Of a stretch of 64,000 nucleotides of DNA, positions 49,431 to 59,334 are shown piece after piece. The stretch is taken from assembly GCA_011364985.1 (NCBI GenBank), contig RDOC01000003.1:96001-160000 (forward strand). The letters are read 5' to 3'. Numbering within the stretch: position 1 is the first letter of the stretch; every line of letters starts with the position of its first letter. Made by a program: the position numbers and the translations under genes. Source of the DNA: Candidatus Thorarchaeota archaeon (lineage in GTDB: Archaea > Asgardarchaeota > Thorarchaeia > Thorarchaeales > Thorarchaeaceae). Under the pieces are notes generated by a model. It saw nothing but the letters and a program-made list of their open reading frames with translations. It was not told where the DNA came from and did not search any database.

Positions 49431-51062
49431 TTACGCTTTGTCCTCGTCTTCAAATATCTTCTTTGAACTTCTCTTCATCTGAGCAAGGTTTTCCACGGCA
49501 GACATGTCAGCTGCTGCAGAGGGGGCTGCTCCACCTGCAGGAGCTTCTCTCATGCGTTCTTCTTGACGCACGAGCTCCTCCTCTTCCGCAGCCAATACGT
49601 TGTCTGCCTTTTCAAGCATCTGCTGAACAGGCGCTGGAGCTGCTCGGGCTCGAGCCTTCATAGCTGATCTAAAGGCAGAGAGACGCTTCTTGCCTTTTTC
49701 TCTGTCACCCCTAACGGCATCTTCACCAGCCTTCTGAGTAACAAAGGTAGCACCCACTGTGGGGTCAAGGGATTTCATAATCTCCTCTTCCTTGTCTGAA
49801 ACCCGAAGCCTTGTTGTGACCGCACGAACCCTTCGCGCACCATCGTTGTCGGTATAGGCAACTTGAACTTGGATGGGAATCTCCTGATCATTGATCTTGG
49901 CAGAGGGCTCTACCTCAAAGTAGAGCTCATGATCCTCTCCAACGACCCCGATTTTGCCCCCACTCTTTTTCTTGAGTTCATCAAGAACCACACGAGAGGC
50001 TCCAGATGCGTCCTTCACCTTAACGCCCGCAGGAGTTACGAGCTTGACTTCTACATCACGACCTAGCATTGCAGACCCCGCTAGTTCTGAAAGACTTCGA
50101 TCGAGCTCATTTGGTGTGACATAGTACATTGTCCCACCCGTTATCTCGGGCATGAGACCAAGGGTCTTCAATTCCATTCCACCACCGGAAGCGATACCAA
50201 CGACATCGACAGCTGTTCCAAGGTCCAAGAACCTCCTTCCAATATTCTCGTAGAATTTGGAACCAGGCGTGACCTGATAACCCTCAAGCGCACCGATGCC
50301 CTCGTTGGCAAGGCCGTCGGTAAGCAGAACCACACGTCCAACATTACGATGTTTCGATATAGTACTGGCCATTGCAACAGCAGGTCCGAGGGCTGTGCCG
50401 CCTTGGTCGCGTAGTGCACGAACATGGTTCTTTAGCTTGTCAGCATTCTTTCCAACGTGAACAAGCCGTATCTTGTCCAATAGATTCTTTGTTGCTTCAT
50501 CAATGTCCTTGAGACTCATGAATGAACTTGTCGGCAATTCAACTGGATGACCGGTTTCTAAATCTCGTGCAACAACTGTGCTCTCGAACTCGATCAGACC
50601 GAACATGGTATCGGGAGCATTTACTGCTAGGCTATCTATCGAAGTTGTAAGGCTTCTCTTAACAGCTGAAAGATTCTCCCCAGCCATCGAGCCGGAAACA
50701 TCGATTAGAGCCAAAAATGATCTACCACCAGCAGAAACTTCACCTATGGCAGTCTTCGTCGCTTCAGGTGGTAGCTCGATGACGAAGTCAGTTTCATCCC
50801 CCGCAGCAACGACTTCGCCTTCAATAACATTCAGAGTTCCACAAAATGGACAAAGAAAATGTCGTCCGACTTTCGGATCATCCCTGATCTGATCCGTGCT
50901 AATTAGAAAGCCATTGCATTTGTGGCAGGCAATAGGCTTCCCGACGATTTTGGTCGTTTCGCGTGCTAGCTCTCCAAACTCAATACGGAGAACATAAGGG
51001 ATGTCACTCATGACGCCTTTAGAGGCTGGAAAAGTCTTTGAGCTGGTTCTTAGTAAAGGCAT
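49431..51062 (-). CDS. Sec23/Sec24-like protein: Zn finger + vWA trunk + beta-sandwich + helical tail
   Basis: CHKC...CPFCGTLN Zn finger; vWA IDVSGSM, GGTALGPA, LLTDGLAN.G.G; Q.Q..YT..DG.RR.R..T beta-sandwich. Confidence 0.82.
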   Translation of the reverse strand: MPLLRTSSKTFPASKGVMSDIPYVLRIEFGELARETTKIVGKPIACHKCNGFLISTDQIRDDPKVGRHFLCPFCGTLNVIEGEVVAAGDETDFVIELPPEATKTAIGEVSAGGRSFLALIDVSGSMAGENLSAVKRSLTTSIDSLAVNAPDTMFGLIEFESTVVARDLETGHPVELPTSSFMSLKDIDEATKNLLDKIRLVHVGKNADKLKNHVRALRDQGGTALGPAVAMASTISKHRNVGRVVLLTDGLANEGIGALEGYQVTPGSKFYENIGRRFLDLGTAVDVVGIASGGGMELKTLGLMPEITGGTMYYVTPNELDRSLSELAGSAMLGRDVEVKLVTPAGVKVKDASGASRVVLDELKKKSGGKIGVVGEDHELYFEVEPSAKINDQEIPIQVQVAYTDNDGARRVRAVTTRLRVSDKEEEIMKSLDPTVGATFVTQKAGEDAVRGDREKGKKRLSAFRSAMKARARAAPAPVQQMLEKADNVLAAEEEELVRQEERMREAPAGGAAPSAAADMSAVENLAQMKRSSKKIFEDEDKA

Positions 51063-51256
51063 GTAAAATCGACCTCAGAAGTTGTTTCATAATCGACAAT
51101 TGTGGTTTTAAGGGTTCGTCGGAACTATCAGCATGAAATCGAATACAGGAGACTCTATTCTTGGCAGCTAATCAATGACCAACACAGAAAATATAAGCGC
51201 ATCATCTGCCAGAACAGAGTAGATGAAATACTCCCACCCACGGAGGAAATGTTGAG

Positions 51257-51622
51257 ATGGTGGATAAAGGCAAGATTGAACAAGTAGTAGCAGACACGAT
51301 GGCAGCAAACGAGAACCTTGAAGGAATTGTTGTATGTAATGCAAAGGGCGAGGTGCTATTTGGACACACCATAGCCGCAGGCGTTAAACACACTGACGTT
51401 GCATCACTGGCTGTCAAAATTGCTGCGAACTCATCTCAGCTGGCGGGTGGCTTGGATAAAGGAGGACTCAAGGAAGTATCAATCGCAGCGGACAACGGCT
51501 TTATCGTTGTATTGGGCGATGTCAGAATAGTCCTAGCAGGTATAGCAGGAGAAGGAGCGCGTGAGTCTATGGGGCTTATTCGAATGGCTCTGAAGCGCGC
51601 CTTATTGAAGATGCTTGAATGA
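51257..51622 (+). CDS. Roadblock/LC7-fold protein (divergent)
   Basis: LEGIVVCN..G.VL, L.KGGL.EV.I....GFIVV, MGLIRMALKR. Confidence 0.8.
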   Translation: MVDKGKIEQVVADTMAANENLEGIVVCNAKGEVLFGHTIAAGVKHTDVASLAVKIAANSSQLAGGLDKGGLKEVSIAADNGFIVVLGDVRIVLAGIAGEGARESMGLIRMALKRALLKMLE

Positions 51623-51815
51623 TGCATAGTGCTTCCAGCAACCGCAGAGCTACCTTTTTTTGGTGATATTTAGCTCAAGTAAATGCATACACTAATACCT
51701 GAATGATGTCTGGGTACTACCTAGGTAGTACCAACCGTATTAGGGATTGTGTATTATTTCCGAAATGGACAGGCCAGAGTATAGTATCGGAAGGAAAGTC
51801 GGAAGGGATTGCATC

Positions 51816-54800
51816 TTGGTCCATATTGACAAGCTCGTATGCAAGGGTTTCAAGTCATTTGGCCGAGAAACTGTTACTATCAATTTCAGTCCAGGATTTA
51901 CTTGCATTGTAGGCCCTAACGGATCAGGAAAGTCCAATGTCATCGATGCGATCCTTTTTGTTCTTGGGCAGCTAAGCGCCAAGACTCTTCGAGCAAATGT
52001 CTTCTCGGACCTTCTCTATTCTCCACCGAAACCAAATATGCCGCCGAAGGCAAGATCTGCACTAGTAGAGCTTCACTTTGATAATAGAGACCGAAAGCTG
52101 CAGATTGAAGCAGACCGAGTTGTAATTGAGAGAGAGCTTGATGATACTGGGAAATCTACCTGCAGAATAAACGGGAAGGTGGTTACGCGATCCTCAGTTC
52201 TTGAAGTACTAGGAGCCATAGGTGTCGATCCCAATGGATATAATCTTGTTCTTCAAGGAGAGATAGCACAGATTGTAAAGGTAAGCCCAATTGATCGTCG
52301 AAAGCTGATTGAAGAGATTGCAGGAATATCTGCCTACGATGAGCAAAAAGAGCGTGCTCTGAAGAAGCTTGCTGAGAGCGAATCAAATCTGGGCAAGGTA
52401 GAGATGCAACTTCAAGAAAGACGAAGGCAACTGGAAAAATTGGAAGAGGAACGTTCTGATGCCTTTCGTCACAAAAGCATCACAGAGAAGATCAAAGCTA
52501 TCTCAGCCGATAGCTATGCTTGGAGGATAGTAAAGTGCCGGAACCGAATCGAAACGATACATGAAACCCTTGCAGAAAGAGCCGAAGAAGCTGAGAAGCT
52601 GGAACGTGAACATGCAGAAGCTGAAAAGAAAGCAAAACAAACTGAAGAGCAAATCGATGCGATTGACACGGAGATTGATGGGATTACTGGTGGAGCATCA
52701 GCAAGAATTTCTGAACAATACGGAGTTGTTTCGGCGGCTGTTGACCATTTAAGAAGGGATTTGGAGAGAACAAGAATCGAGCTAGAGAATCTAACCGAAG
52801 AGAAGAGCTCTGTTCAGGTCGAAATGCAATCCATCAAGGACCAAGTTGAGGGCTCACTGGCGCTAACAGACGAAAAGGAACAAGAGCTTTCAAGGCTCAA
52901 TAATGAAATAGCCGAGTGCTCTAGAAAAGTAACTAGTTTAGAGGAGCATATTGAGAAAGAACAAGAGAGCATACTCGAAGCAACACAACGTTTGCAGGAC
53001 CTCAATAACCAGATGAGGATGCTTGACGAAGGTGTTTCTGAAGTGCGTTCGGCCATCAAAAGCGATAGCAAGGAGCTAGGAATGGCCTACGAGGAGCTTC
53101 AGGACTCCAAGAATCTCCTTGAAAGGACAGAAGATGAACTTGTGGAACTAAGAAGAATCATACCAGTCAAGCGCGAGGAACTGCAAAAATCGGAAGAGGA
53201 TGAGTCTGTTAAAAGAGTGAAAGTAGATGAACTTGAAAAGCGATTAAGGACCATTGATGAGGAGGAGCGAGAAGCAGGAAAGATTGTAAAAGCCACGCGG
53301 GAAGAGCTTATTCGAATTCAAGCAAGGCAAGATGCATTAAAGGATGCAGAAGAGGCATTTCTCAAGAAAAAACATGCCTTGGCACGTGTGCTTGAACTCC
53401 GTGATTCCAACACTATTTCCGGGATATATGGTACTGTTGCTGAACTTGGAGTGATCAATCCGGAATATGCCACCGCTATGGAGGTCGCAGGCGGCAACCG
53501 CCTTTCATATATCGTCGTGGAAAGCGATCATGCAGCCAGTGAATGCATTGATATTCTAAAGAGAGAGAGGGTGGGCCGTGCATCCTTCATTCCACTGAAT
53601 AAAATAAGAACAAAACAGTCAGGCAAGCTTCCTAGCGATAAGGGAGTGATTGGTTTTGCAATTGACTTAGTGAGTTTTGAACCGAAGATGAAGCCTGCTT
53701 TCGATTTCGTCTTTTCGGACACTATTGTCACTGAGAACTTCGAAACTGCGAAAAGGCTTGGTTTCAAAGGTATGAGAGCGGTTTCTCTGGAAGGAGACCT
53801 TGTTGAGAAATCAGGATTGATAACAGGGGGACATTATCATCGTACATCCGTAGGACTCTCTCTGCAGGAGAAGGACATTAGTCCACAGATTGCGGAGCGT
53901 TTGAAGGGTCTGGAAAAGGTACACAATGGGCTATTGGACCAACAAGAAGAACTGAGAAAGCAGAAGAGCATTTTTGATCATGAGATTCAAGATCTGTCAA
54001 AGACCAACTATAGAGCACAGCTGGAACTCGACGGGCTTGACGAACGCTTGAAAGAGAAGGAGAATCGGTCTGCAGTTCTGAAGGAGCGAATAGCAACAGC
54101 TGAAGTCACGATAGAGGCCTTGGAGAAGCAAATTGGTGAGCTAACAGAACGAGATAATGAACTATCGCAGCACCGGGAGATGGTGAGAGAACAAAGAGAT
54201 GATGTCAATGAGCAGCTGGCCAAGTCTGATACTGCCAAGCTTACTCAGTACATGAAAGACTTGAAGGAAGTAATGGAACGGCACAAACAGGAGCGCGAGG
54301 CCTTGATGAGCGAGATTACTTCCCTCAAGGTGGCCCTAGACGAAAGGCTGAAGCCGAAGCTGATGGAACTTGATTTGCGCCATCAATCCTTAGCCAAGGC
54401 AACTCCTGATCTAGAGATCAAAGTAAAGGAACTCAAAGATGAACTTGCCGAGAAAGAGGAAGAGTTCCTCAAGCTTAAGGCGGAACGTGATCAGATTGAT
54501 GAAGCCGTTAAGGACAAACGAGTTCTTCAGCTTGAACTGAAAGAGAAGCTTCGTAATTTCAGGCTGCGCCATGAGGAAATTCGAGAGGAACAGACAGCCA
54601 ATGAGAAAGCTGTATACCGGCTTCAGACTGAACAGTCACGCTTAGAAACGGATATCGTTGGTTTTGTGGCCGAACTCAATGAGATATCCCGCGCTGATGA
54701 GGAGGTTGCAAAGAGAACAACTCTAAGAGAGATTACATACAAGGAAATTGATGATTTTGAGGACAAAATCAAGGAACTGGAGAGGGAGCTGGAGGCATTA

Positions 54801-55406
54801 GGTCCTGTTAACCTAAAAGCCCTTACAGACTATGATCTTGAGAAAGACAAGTACGAAGAGATTGTTGATAAAAAGACCAAACTGGAGGAAGAGCATAAAG
54901 AAATCCTTGCCTTCATGGAAGAAATCGAAGCTGAGAAGACACGTAAGTTTCTGCAGGTCTATAATGAGATTGCAGACAATTTTGCGTCAGTGTTCTCCAA
55001 GCTCTCACCGGATGGAGAAGCCACGCTCATGCTTGAGAATCCAGAACATCCCTTAATGGGAGGGATTACTGTAAAATCAAAGCCTCGAGGAAAGGAACTC
55101 GTCACATTGGACGCAATGAGTGGTGGAGAGAAGACCATCACGGGACTTGCGCTGATTTTCGCCATCCAGATGTACAATCCTGCGAGCTTCTATATCTTTG
55201 ATGAGATAGACGCGGCTCTAGATGATGTAAATGCACATAATGTGGCGCTCTTAATAGCAGAGATGTCAAAGTCTTCCCAATTCGTGATTGTATCATTGAG
55301 AGACACAACTGTCAGCAAGGCTGACTTGTTGATAGGAGTATCAAATCAGGACGGCATCTCAAGAATCGTCAAAGTTGACCTTGAGGAGGTGGGCTCTGCA
55401 GCATGA
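51816..55406 (+). CDS. smc: Chromosome segregation protein SMC
   Basis: GFKSF, GPNGSGKSN, Q-loop, coiled coils, hinge GD....SG..TGG, MSGGEK, DEIDAALD; TTG start 51816. Confidence 0.97.
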   Translation: MVHIDKLVCKGFKSFGRETVTINFSPGFTCIVGPNGSGKSNVIDAILFVLGQLSAKTLRANVFSDLLYSPPKPNMPPKARSALVELHFDNRDRKLQIEADRVVIERELDDTGKSTCRINGKVVTRSSVLEVLGAIGVDPNGYNLVLQGEIAQIVKVSPIDRRKLIEEIAGISAYDEQKERALKKLAESESNLGKVEMQLQERRRQLEKLEEERSDAFRHKSITEKIKAISADSYAWRIVKCRNRIETIHETLAERAEEAEKLEREHAEAEKKAKQTEEQIDAIDTEIDGITGGASARISEQYGVVSAAVDHLRRDLERTRIELENLTEEKSSVQVEMQSIKDQVEGSLALTDEKEQELSRLNNEIAECSRKVTSLEEHIEKEQESILEATQRLQDLNNQMRMLDEGVSEVRSAIKSDSKELGMAYEELQDSKNLLERTEDELVELRRIIPVKREELQKSEEDESVKRVKVDELEKRLRTIDEEEREAGKIVKATREELIRIQARQDALKDAEEAFLKKKHALARVLELRDSNTISGIYGTVAELGVINPEYATAMEVAGGNRLSYIVVESDHAASECIDILKRERVGRASFIPLNKIRTKQSGKLPSDKGVIGFAIDLVSFEPKMKPAFDFVFSDTIVTENFETAKRLGFKGMRAVSLEGDLVEKSGLITGGHYHRTSVGLSLQEKDISPQIAERLKGLEKVHNGLLDQQEELRKQKSIFDHEIQDLSKTNYRAQLELDGLDERLKEKENRSAVLKERIATAEVTIEALEKQIGELTERDNELSQHREMVREQRDDVNEQLAKSDTAKLTQYMKDLKEVMERHKQEREALMSEITSLKVALDERLKPKLMELDLRHQSLAKATPDLEIKVKELKDELAEKEEEFLKLKAERDQIDEAVKDKRVLQLELKEKLRNFRLRHEEIREEQTANEKAVYRLQTEQSRLETDIVGFVAELNEISRADEEVAKRTTLREITYKEIDDFEDKIKELERELEALGPVNLKALTDYDLEKDKYEEIVDKKTKLEEEHKEILAFMEEIEAEKTRKFLQVYNEIADNFASVFSKLSPDGEATLMLENPEHPLMGGITVKSKPRGKELVTLDAMSGGEKTITGLALIFAIQMYNPASFYIFDEIDAALDDVNAHNVALLIAEMSKSSQFVIVSLRDTTVSKADLLIGVSNQDGISRIVKVDLEEVGSAA

Positions 55407-56110
55407 GTAATGATTTGCCATTCTGGGCCGCCCCACCGTATATACTCCTGACCGATGTCCTTCAGCTTGACAAAGTTAAACCATGGAACGTTGACGTGGG
55501 AAAGCTTGTTGCAGGCTTCCTCAGAGAGATGAGGAGAATTGGCGATATAGACTTCCGTGTATCAGGAAGTGCTCTTTATTCCGCGTCTGTGATCTTCATG
55601 AGAAAGACGCGTGAACTTGTGGAACTTGGTTTATTGTCTCCTGATGAGGATGATGAGGAAGAGGACCTTATCATTCCCTTAATACGACCTCCATTTAGGG
55701 TTTCTAATCAACGCGTCACATTAGAAGAGCTTCTTGTTGCTATGGACCGCGTTTTGAGCAAAGGTGTTCGTCAACGCTCAAGTCCTTCAAAGACTAGAAG
55801 ATATAGCACTAGGGCCGACCCCTTGGCCTTCAAAATGGAGAGCACGCGTGCAGATGTGGAGGAGAATATCGCAGAAGTCTATGATGACCTCTGCAAGGTG
55901 ATGAAGATAGGAGACGAATCCAGATTCGTAGATCTTCTTATGAACAACTCAAGAAGAGAGATTGTCAGAATGTTCTTTGCAATTCTACATCTCTTTGCCC
56001 GAACATTCATTGACATTTGGATGGATGACGAGGAAGTCATCTGGGTGAAGCTGTTGGAACCTCCTGTTGAGGAAGAGGAGGAAACAATACAGTCAGCTGT
56101 TGACGGGTAG
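55403..56110 (+). CDS. scpA: Kleisin ScpA
   Basis: PWNVDV..L...FL, DFRVSG.AL..AS.....K, VTLEEL..A, F.A.LHL; overlaps smc stop. Confidence 0.9.
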   Translation: MSNDLPFWAAPPYILLTDVLQLDKVKPWNVDVGKLVAGFLREMRRIGDIDFRVSGSALYSASVIFMRKTRELVELGLLSPDEDDEEEDLIIPLIRPPFRVSNQRVTLEELLVAMDRVLSKGVRQRSSPSKTRRYSTRADPLAFKMESTRADVEENIAEVYDDLCKVMKIGDESRFVDLLMNNSRREIVRMFFAILHLFARTFIDIWMDDEEVIWVKLLEPPVEEEEETIQSAVDG

Positions 56111-56680
56111 ATGGTTGAGGTGAATGAGGATCTGGTCAAACTGGAAGCGGCACTATATGTTGCAGGCCGTCCTGTCACTCTGGAAGAATTGTCGAACATA
56201 ATAGATAAGGCTGAATCCACCACGAGGAAGCTTCTTGAGAATCTTGGATTTGAGTATAGACAGCGAGAAGGCGCCTTGGAAGTGGTAGAACTTCCCAGAG
56301 AGAGATACGTACTACAGCTGAAGCCAGAACTGACACCAGGTGTTGCGAAGCTGATTCCAGGAGGCCTGCTTTCTTTTGCCACGCTCCAGACACTGGTATA
56401 CATTGCCCTAAAACAGCCAATCCTTCAGTCGGAACTCGTTGCTGAACGAGGAACGCATTGTTATGACCATATCAAAGAACTGATTGAGAAGAAGTTTGTT
56501 GATGCCGTTCCTGAGGGGCGAAGCAGGATTTTGACAACAACAGATCTCTTTGCAGACTACTTTGGACTAGACCCAGATAGAGTGCGGCTTAAGGCCCAAC
56601 TCAAATTCAAAATGAAACGTATACTCTCAGAACAACAGGAGCTTGAAGACCAAGCTGCTGCAGAGGAGTTTCTGAGATAA
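56111..56680 (+). CDS. scpB: SMC-Scp complex subunit ScpB (Kite)
   Basis: LEAALYVAG.PV....L, LQTL..IA..QPI.QS.L...RG...Y.HIKEL, TT..FADYFG. Confidence 0.95.
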   Translation: MVEVNEDLVKLEAALYVAGRPVTLEELSNIIDKAESTTRKLLENLGFEYRQREGALEVVELPRERYVLQLKPELTPGVAKLIPGGLLSFATLQTLVYIALKQPILQSELVAERGTHCYDHIKELIEKKFVDAVPEGRSRILTTTDLFADYFGLDPDRVRLKAQLKFKMKRILSEQQELEDQAAAEEFLR

Positions 56681-56705
56681 TCAAGGAGACTCTGCGTCTA
56701 CGCTT

Positions 56706-57725
56706 CTAACACACGCGTGGAACCGGTTCGCCATACGGCACCTGTATGATTTTCCTGCCTCCGACCTGAGTTCGCATTACGACTCGCCCTTCTCCTTCTC
56801 TGAAGGAACCAATCACCTTGGCATCCTTTGTAGTCTTGTGACGCCTTAGCGCTGTCAGAACATCCTGTGTCTTGAGCGGGTCCACAGACATCACTGCAGT
56901 ACCCTCGCAGCTCATATTCAAGGGGTTCAGTCCAAGGACTTCGCAAAGAGACTGTACCGCAGTGCGTAGCGGAATTAGCTCTTCTTCAATTTCTAGCTCT
57001 AGGTGCGATTTCAATGCAATTTCGTTCAAGGCAACGGCAGTCCCGCCTCTGGTTGGATCCTTCATTGCGTGAATACCTCCCACATCAAGACACTCTCGGA
57101 TTGGTGCCCACAAAGGCGCTACATCACTGATGAGGTCTGTATCGAATTTCAGGCCTTCACGATGAGCTAGCAGAGATGTCCCGTGGTCACCAATTGGGCC
57201 GGTTACAATGAGATCATCCTCTGCCAACGCCCCGCTGTCAGTTAGGGGAGCGTCGCCGTAGATAACGCCAATTCCAGTGGTAGACATAACGAGCTGGTCC
57301 AGAGTTCCTTTTGGCATCACCTTTGTATCGCCAGCAATCATCGCAACATCAAGTGGTTGAAGGATGTCATTCAGGGACTTCAAAATGGTTTTGAGCTGGT
57401 CAATCTCAAATCCCTCTTCAACTATGACTGTATTTGTCATTGCTACGGGTTGAGCTCCCATCACTGTGATATCATTGATGGTGCCACATGCAGTAAGAGA
57501 CCCTATGTTGCCTCCCGGAAAGAAGAGAGGCTGAACTGTATGGGCATCCGTGCAGACAATAAGACCAGTTCCATCAAGTTGGAGAGTTGCGCCGTCATCC
57601 ATCTCATCAAGACCAATTGGCCCAAGACGGCGTTTTGCAAAGGAGGGAATAATGATTTCTTCCAGCAGCTTTTGCATTATTTTTCCGCCGGCACCATGAG
57701 CGCTTTCAATCCTTGACATTGCCAA
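56706..57725 (-). CDS. hypE: Hydrogenase maturation protein HypE
   Basis: HGAGG, D.HTV.PLFFPGG.IG, GDTKV, MKDPTRGG, C-terminal PRVC. Confidence 0.96.
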   Translation of the reverse strand: MAMSRIESAHGAGGKIMQKLLEEIIIPSFAKRRLGPIGLDEMDDGATLQLDGTGLIVCTDAHTVQPLFFPGGNIGSLTACGTINDITVMGAQPVAMTNTVIVEEGFEIDQLKTILKSLNDILQPLDVAMIAGDTKVMPKGTLDQLVMSTTGIGVIYGDAPLTDSGALAEDDLIVTGPIGDHGTSLLAHREGLKFDTDLISDVAPLWAPIRECLDVGGIHAMKDPTRGGTAVALNEIALKSHLELEIEEELIPLRTAVQSLCEVLGLNPLNMSCEGTAVMSVDPLKTQDVLTALRRHKTTKDAKVIGSFREGEGRVVMRTQVGGRKIIQVPYGEPVPRVC

Positions 57726-57867
57726 TCAACCTCTATCAATTCTCCACTCATCAGGCAGTCTATTTGAAGTGGACGATTTGTACACGAATCAGAATGTTTT
57801 GTCAGTAAGCAAGATTTAAAACCACTCCCAGGAGAGCGACAGTGACCTAACTAAGAGGTGGTCAGAA

Positions 57868-58245
57868 ATGGGTGTCTGGCATAGAAAATCTGGTCGTACA
57901 TCAAGTGGAGCCCGTCTGAAGAAATTCAGAAGCAAGAGAAAGCATGAGATGGGGCGCACTCCAACTGAAACATTGATGGGAGAGGCAAAAAGGAAGAAGA
58001 TGGATAGTAGGAGTGCACAGAAGAAGATGCCAGCCCTTCGCTTAGGAATGGTCAATGTTATAGATCCAAAGACTGGGAAAACCATCCGAGCGGAGATTGA
58101 AGATGTCGAGAACAATCCTGCAAACATGGACTATCAACGTCGCAAGGTAATCACACGAGGGACTATCATTAAAACCTCCAAAGGTCGTGCCAGGGTAACA
58201 AGCAGACCCGGACAAAGCGGCATACTTAATGCTGTTCTGATTTAG
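57868..58245 (+). CDS. rps8e: 30S ribosomal protein S8e
   Basis: RKHEMGR.PT.T, NPAN..Y.RR.VIT.G.II.T..G.ARVTSRPGQ.G..NAVL. Confidence 0.97.
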   Translation: MGVWHRKSGRTSSGARLKKFRSKRKHEMGRTPTETLMGEAKRKKMDSRSAQKKMPALRLGMVNVIDPKTGKTIRAEIEDVENNPANMDYQRRKVITRGTIIKTSKGRARVTSRPGQSGILNAVLI

Positions 58246-58266
58246 CTGAATTATAGACTAGTAACA

Positions 58267-58653
58267 CTATGAGGCGTTGACCTCGGCCTCAATATTCGCT
58301 ATTATGAAGTCCTTGCCTCCTGTGAGAATTGTGTTACTACTATCACACTTCGGGCACCTCATTGGTGCAAAAACAGCTATTTGTGGCGGAAGATCAAGTG
58401 CTGCTTGACTCTCACCTTCATATCCACAATCATTGCATTTCAGTCGGCCTTTCACGAGGGTGATGTTAAGCTTGGCACCTTCCAAGAGAGTATTCTTACT
58501 GGCAATTTCGAAATTAAACTCAAGCTGTTCAGGAATAAGAAAAGTGAACTCGCCTACCTCAACATTCACAGCAGTGACTCTCTTCACATTATTGGCTTTT
58601 GCCGCGTGAACCGCTGCCTCAACTATTGACAGGGCCGCCGAATACTCGTGCAC
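58267..58653 (-). CDS. hypA: Hydrogenase nickel metallochaperone HypA
   Basis: (M)HEYS, GEFT....EQL.F.F, C..C...CPKC, GG.DF; GTG start 58653. Confidence 0.93.
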   Translation of the reverse strand: MHEYSAALSIVEAAVHAAKANNVKRVTAVNVEVGEFTFLIPEQLEFNFEIASKNTLLEGAKLNITLVKGRLKCNDCGYEGESQAALDLPPQIAVFAPMRCPKCDSSNTILTGGKDFIIANIEAEVNAS

Positions 58654-58790
58654 AAGAATCACTCACATCACAAGGTGCGGCTTCGGTAGTTAAGGCGTTT
58701 CGGTTGTGGTACAAATTCATACGAGGCGTCTTTATATGAGCAGAGGCCCATGGCTTGCATTGGATTTCGGAGTACCAAGGTGGGAAAGAG

Positions 58791-59333
58791 TTGTCCAAAG
58801 CACCTCGAAAATCTAGCAAAGCCAAAGGAACAAAGAAGACATCAGACAAAGGAACTACTAAGAGCACGACAAAGAAAAAGCAGCTCAAGACAAAGGCTGA
58901 AAGAAAAACAACAACGAAGAAACCTCCAGTGAAGAAGAAGACAGAGGCCAAGCCCAAGAAGACACACTCATTGGCAGATGAGCTTGCCAAAGAGATACAC
59001 AGTGAAGACGAGCAGGTTTCTTTGGGTGCAATCGATGCCCTTGGCAAGGTAAAAGATCCCTCTGCAACTCAATATCTTATAGGCTGTTTGAACGACTCTC
59101 GATATTTGGTCAGAATATATGCTGCAATACAGCTAGGTGAACGAAAGGACAAGAAGGCTGTTGATTCACTCATTAAGGCTCTGGACGATGAATCGCTCTT
59201 TGTGCGTCAGACGATCGCTGGAGCTCTTGAAAACATTGGAGGTGAAAAGGCAACAGCAGCAGTGAAAGCGGCCGAGGAGAGAGGCTTGCTTCTAGACGAG
59301 CTACCTGAGGGGAAGAAACTCGGTTTCGAATAG
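58791..59333 (+). CDS. HEAT (PBS-lyase-type) repeat protein with Lys-rich N-terminal tail
   Basis: About 55-aa K/T-rich tail, then three repeats of VR..AA..LG......AV..LI..L.D. Confidence 0.85.
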   Translation: MSKAPRKSSKAKGTKKTSDKGTTKSTTKKKQLKTKAERKTTTKKPPVKKKTEAKPKKTHSLADELAKEIHSEDEQVSLGAIDALGKVKDPSATQYLIGCLNDSRYLVRIYAAIQLGERKDKKAVDSLIKALDDESLFVRQTIAGALENIGGEKATAAVKAAEERGLLLDELPEGKKLGFE

Positions 59334-59334
59334 A

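Noticed and set aside
51257-51622. Profilin call
   Set aside because: The GxL.EV.I and GLIR motifs fit Roadblock/LC7 better; needs structural confirmation
56706-58653. hypE/hypA as a hydrogenase operon
   Set aside because: No hydrogenase structural genes in the window; scattered hyp genes are common in archaea
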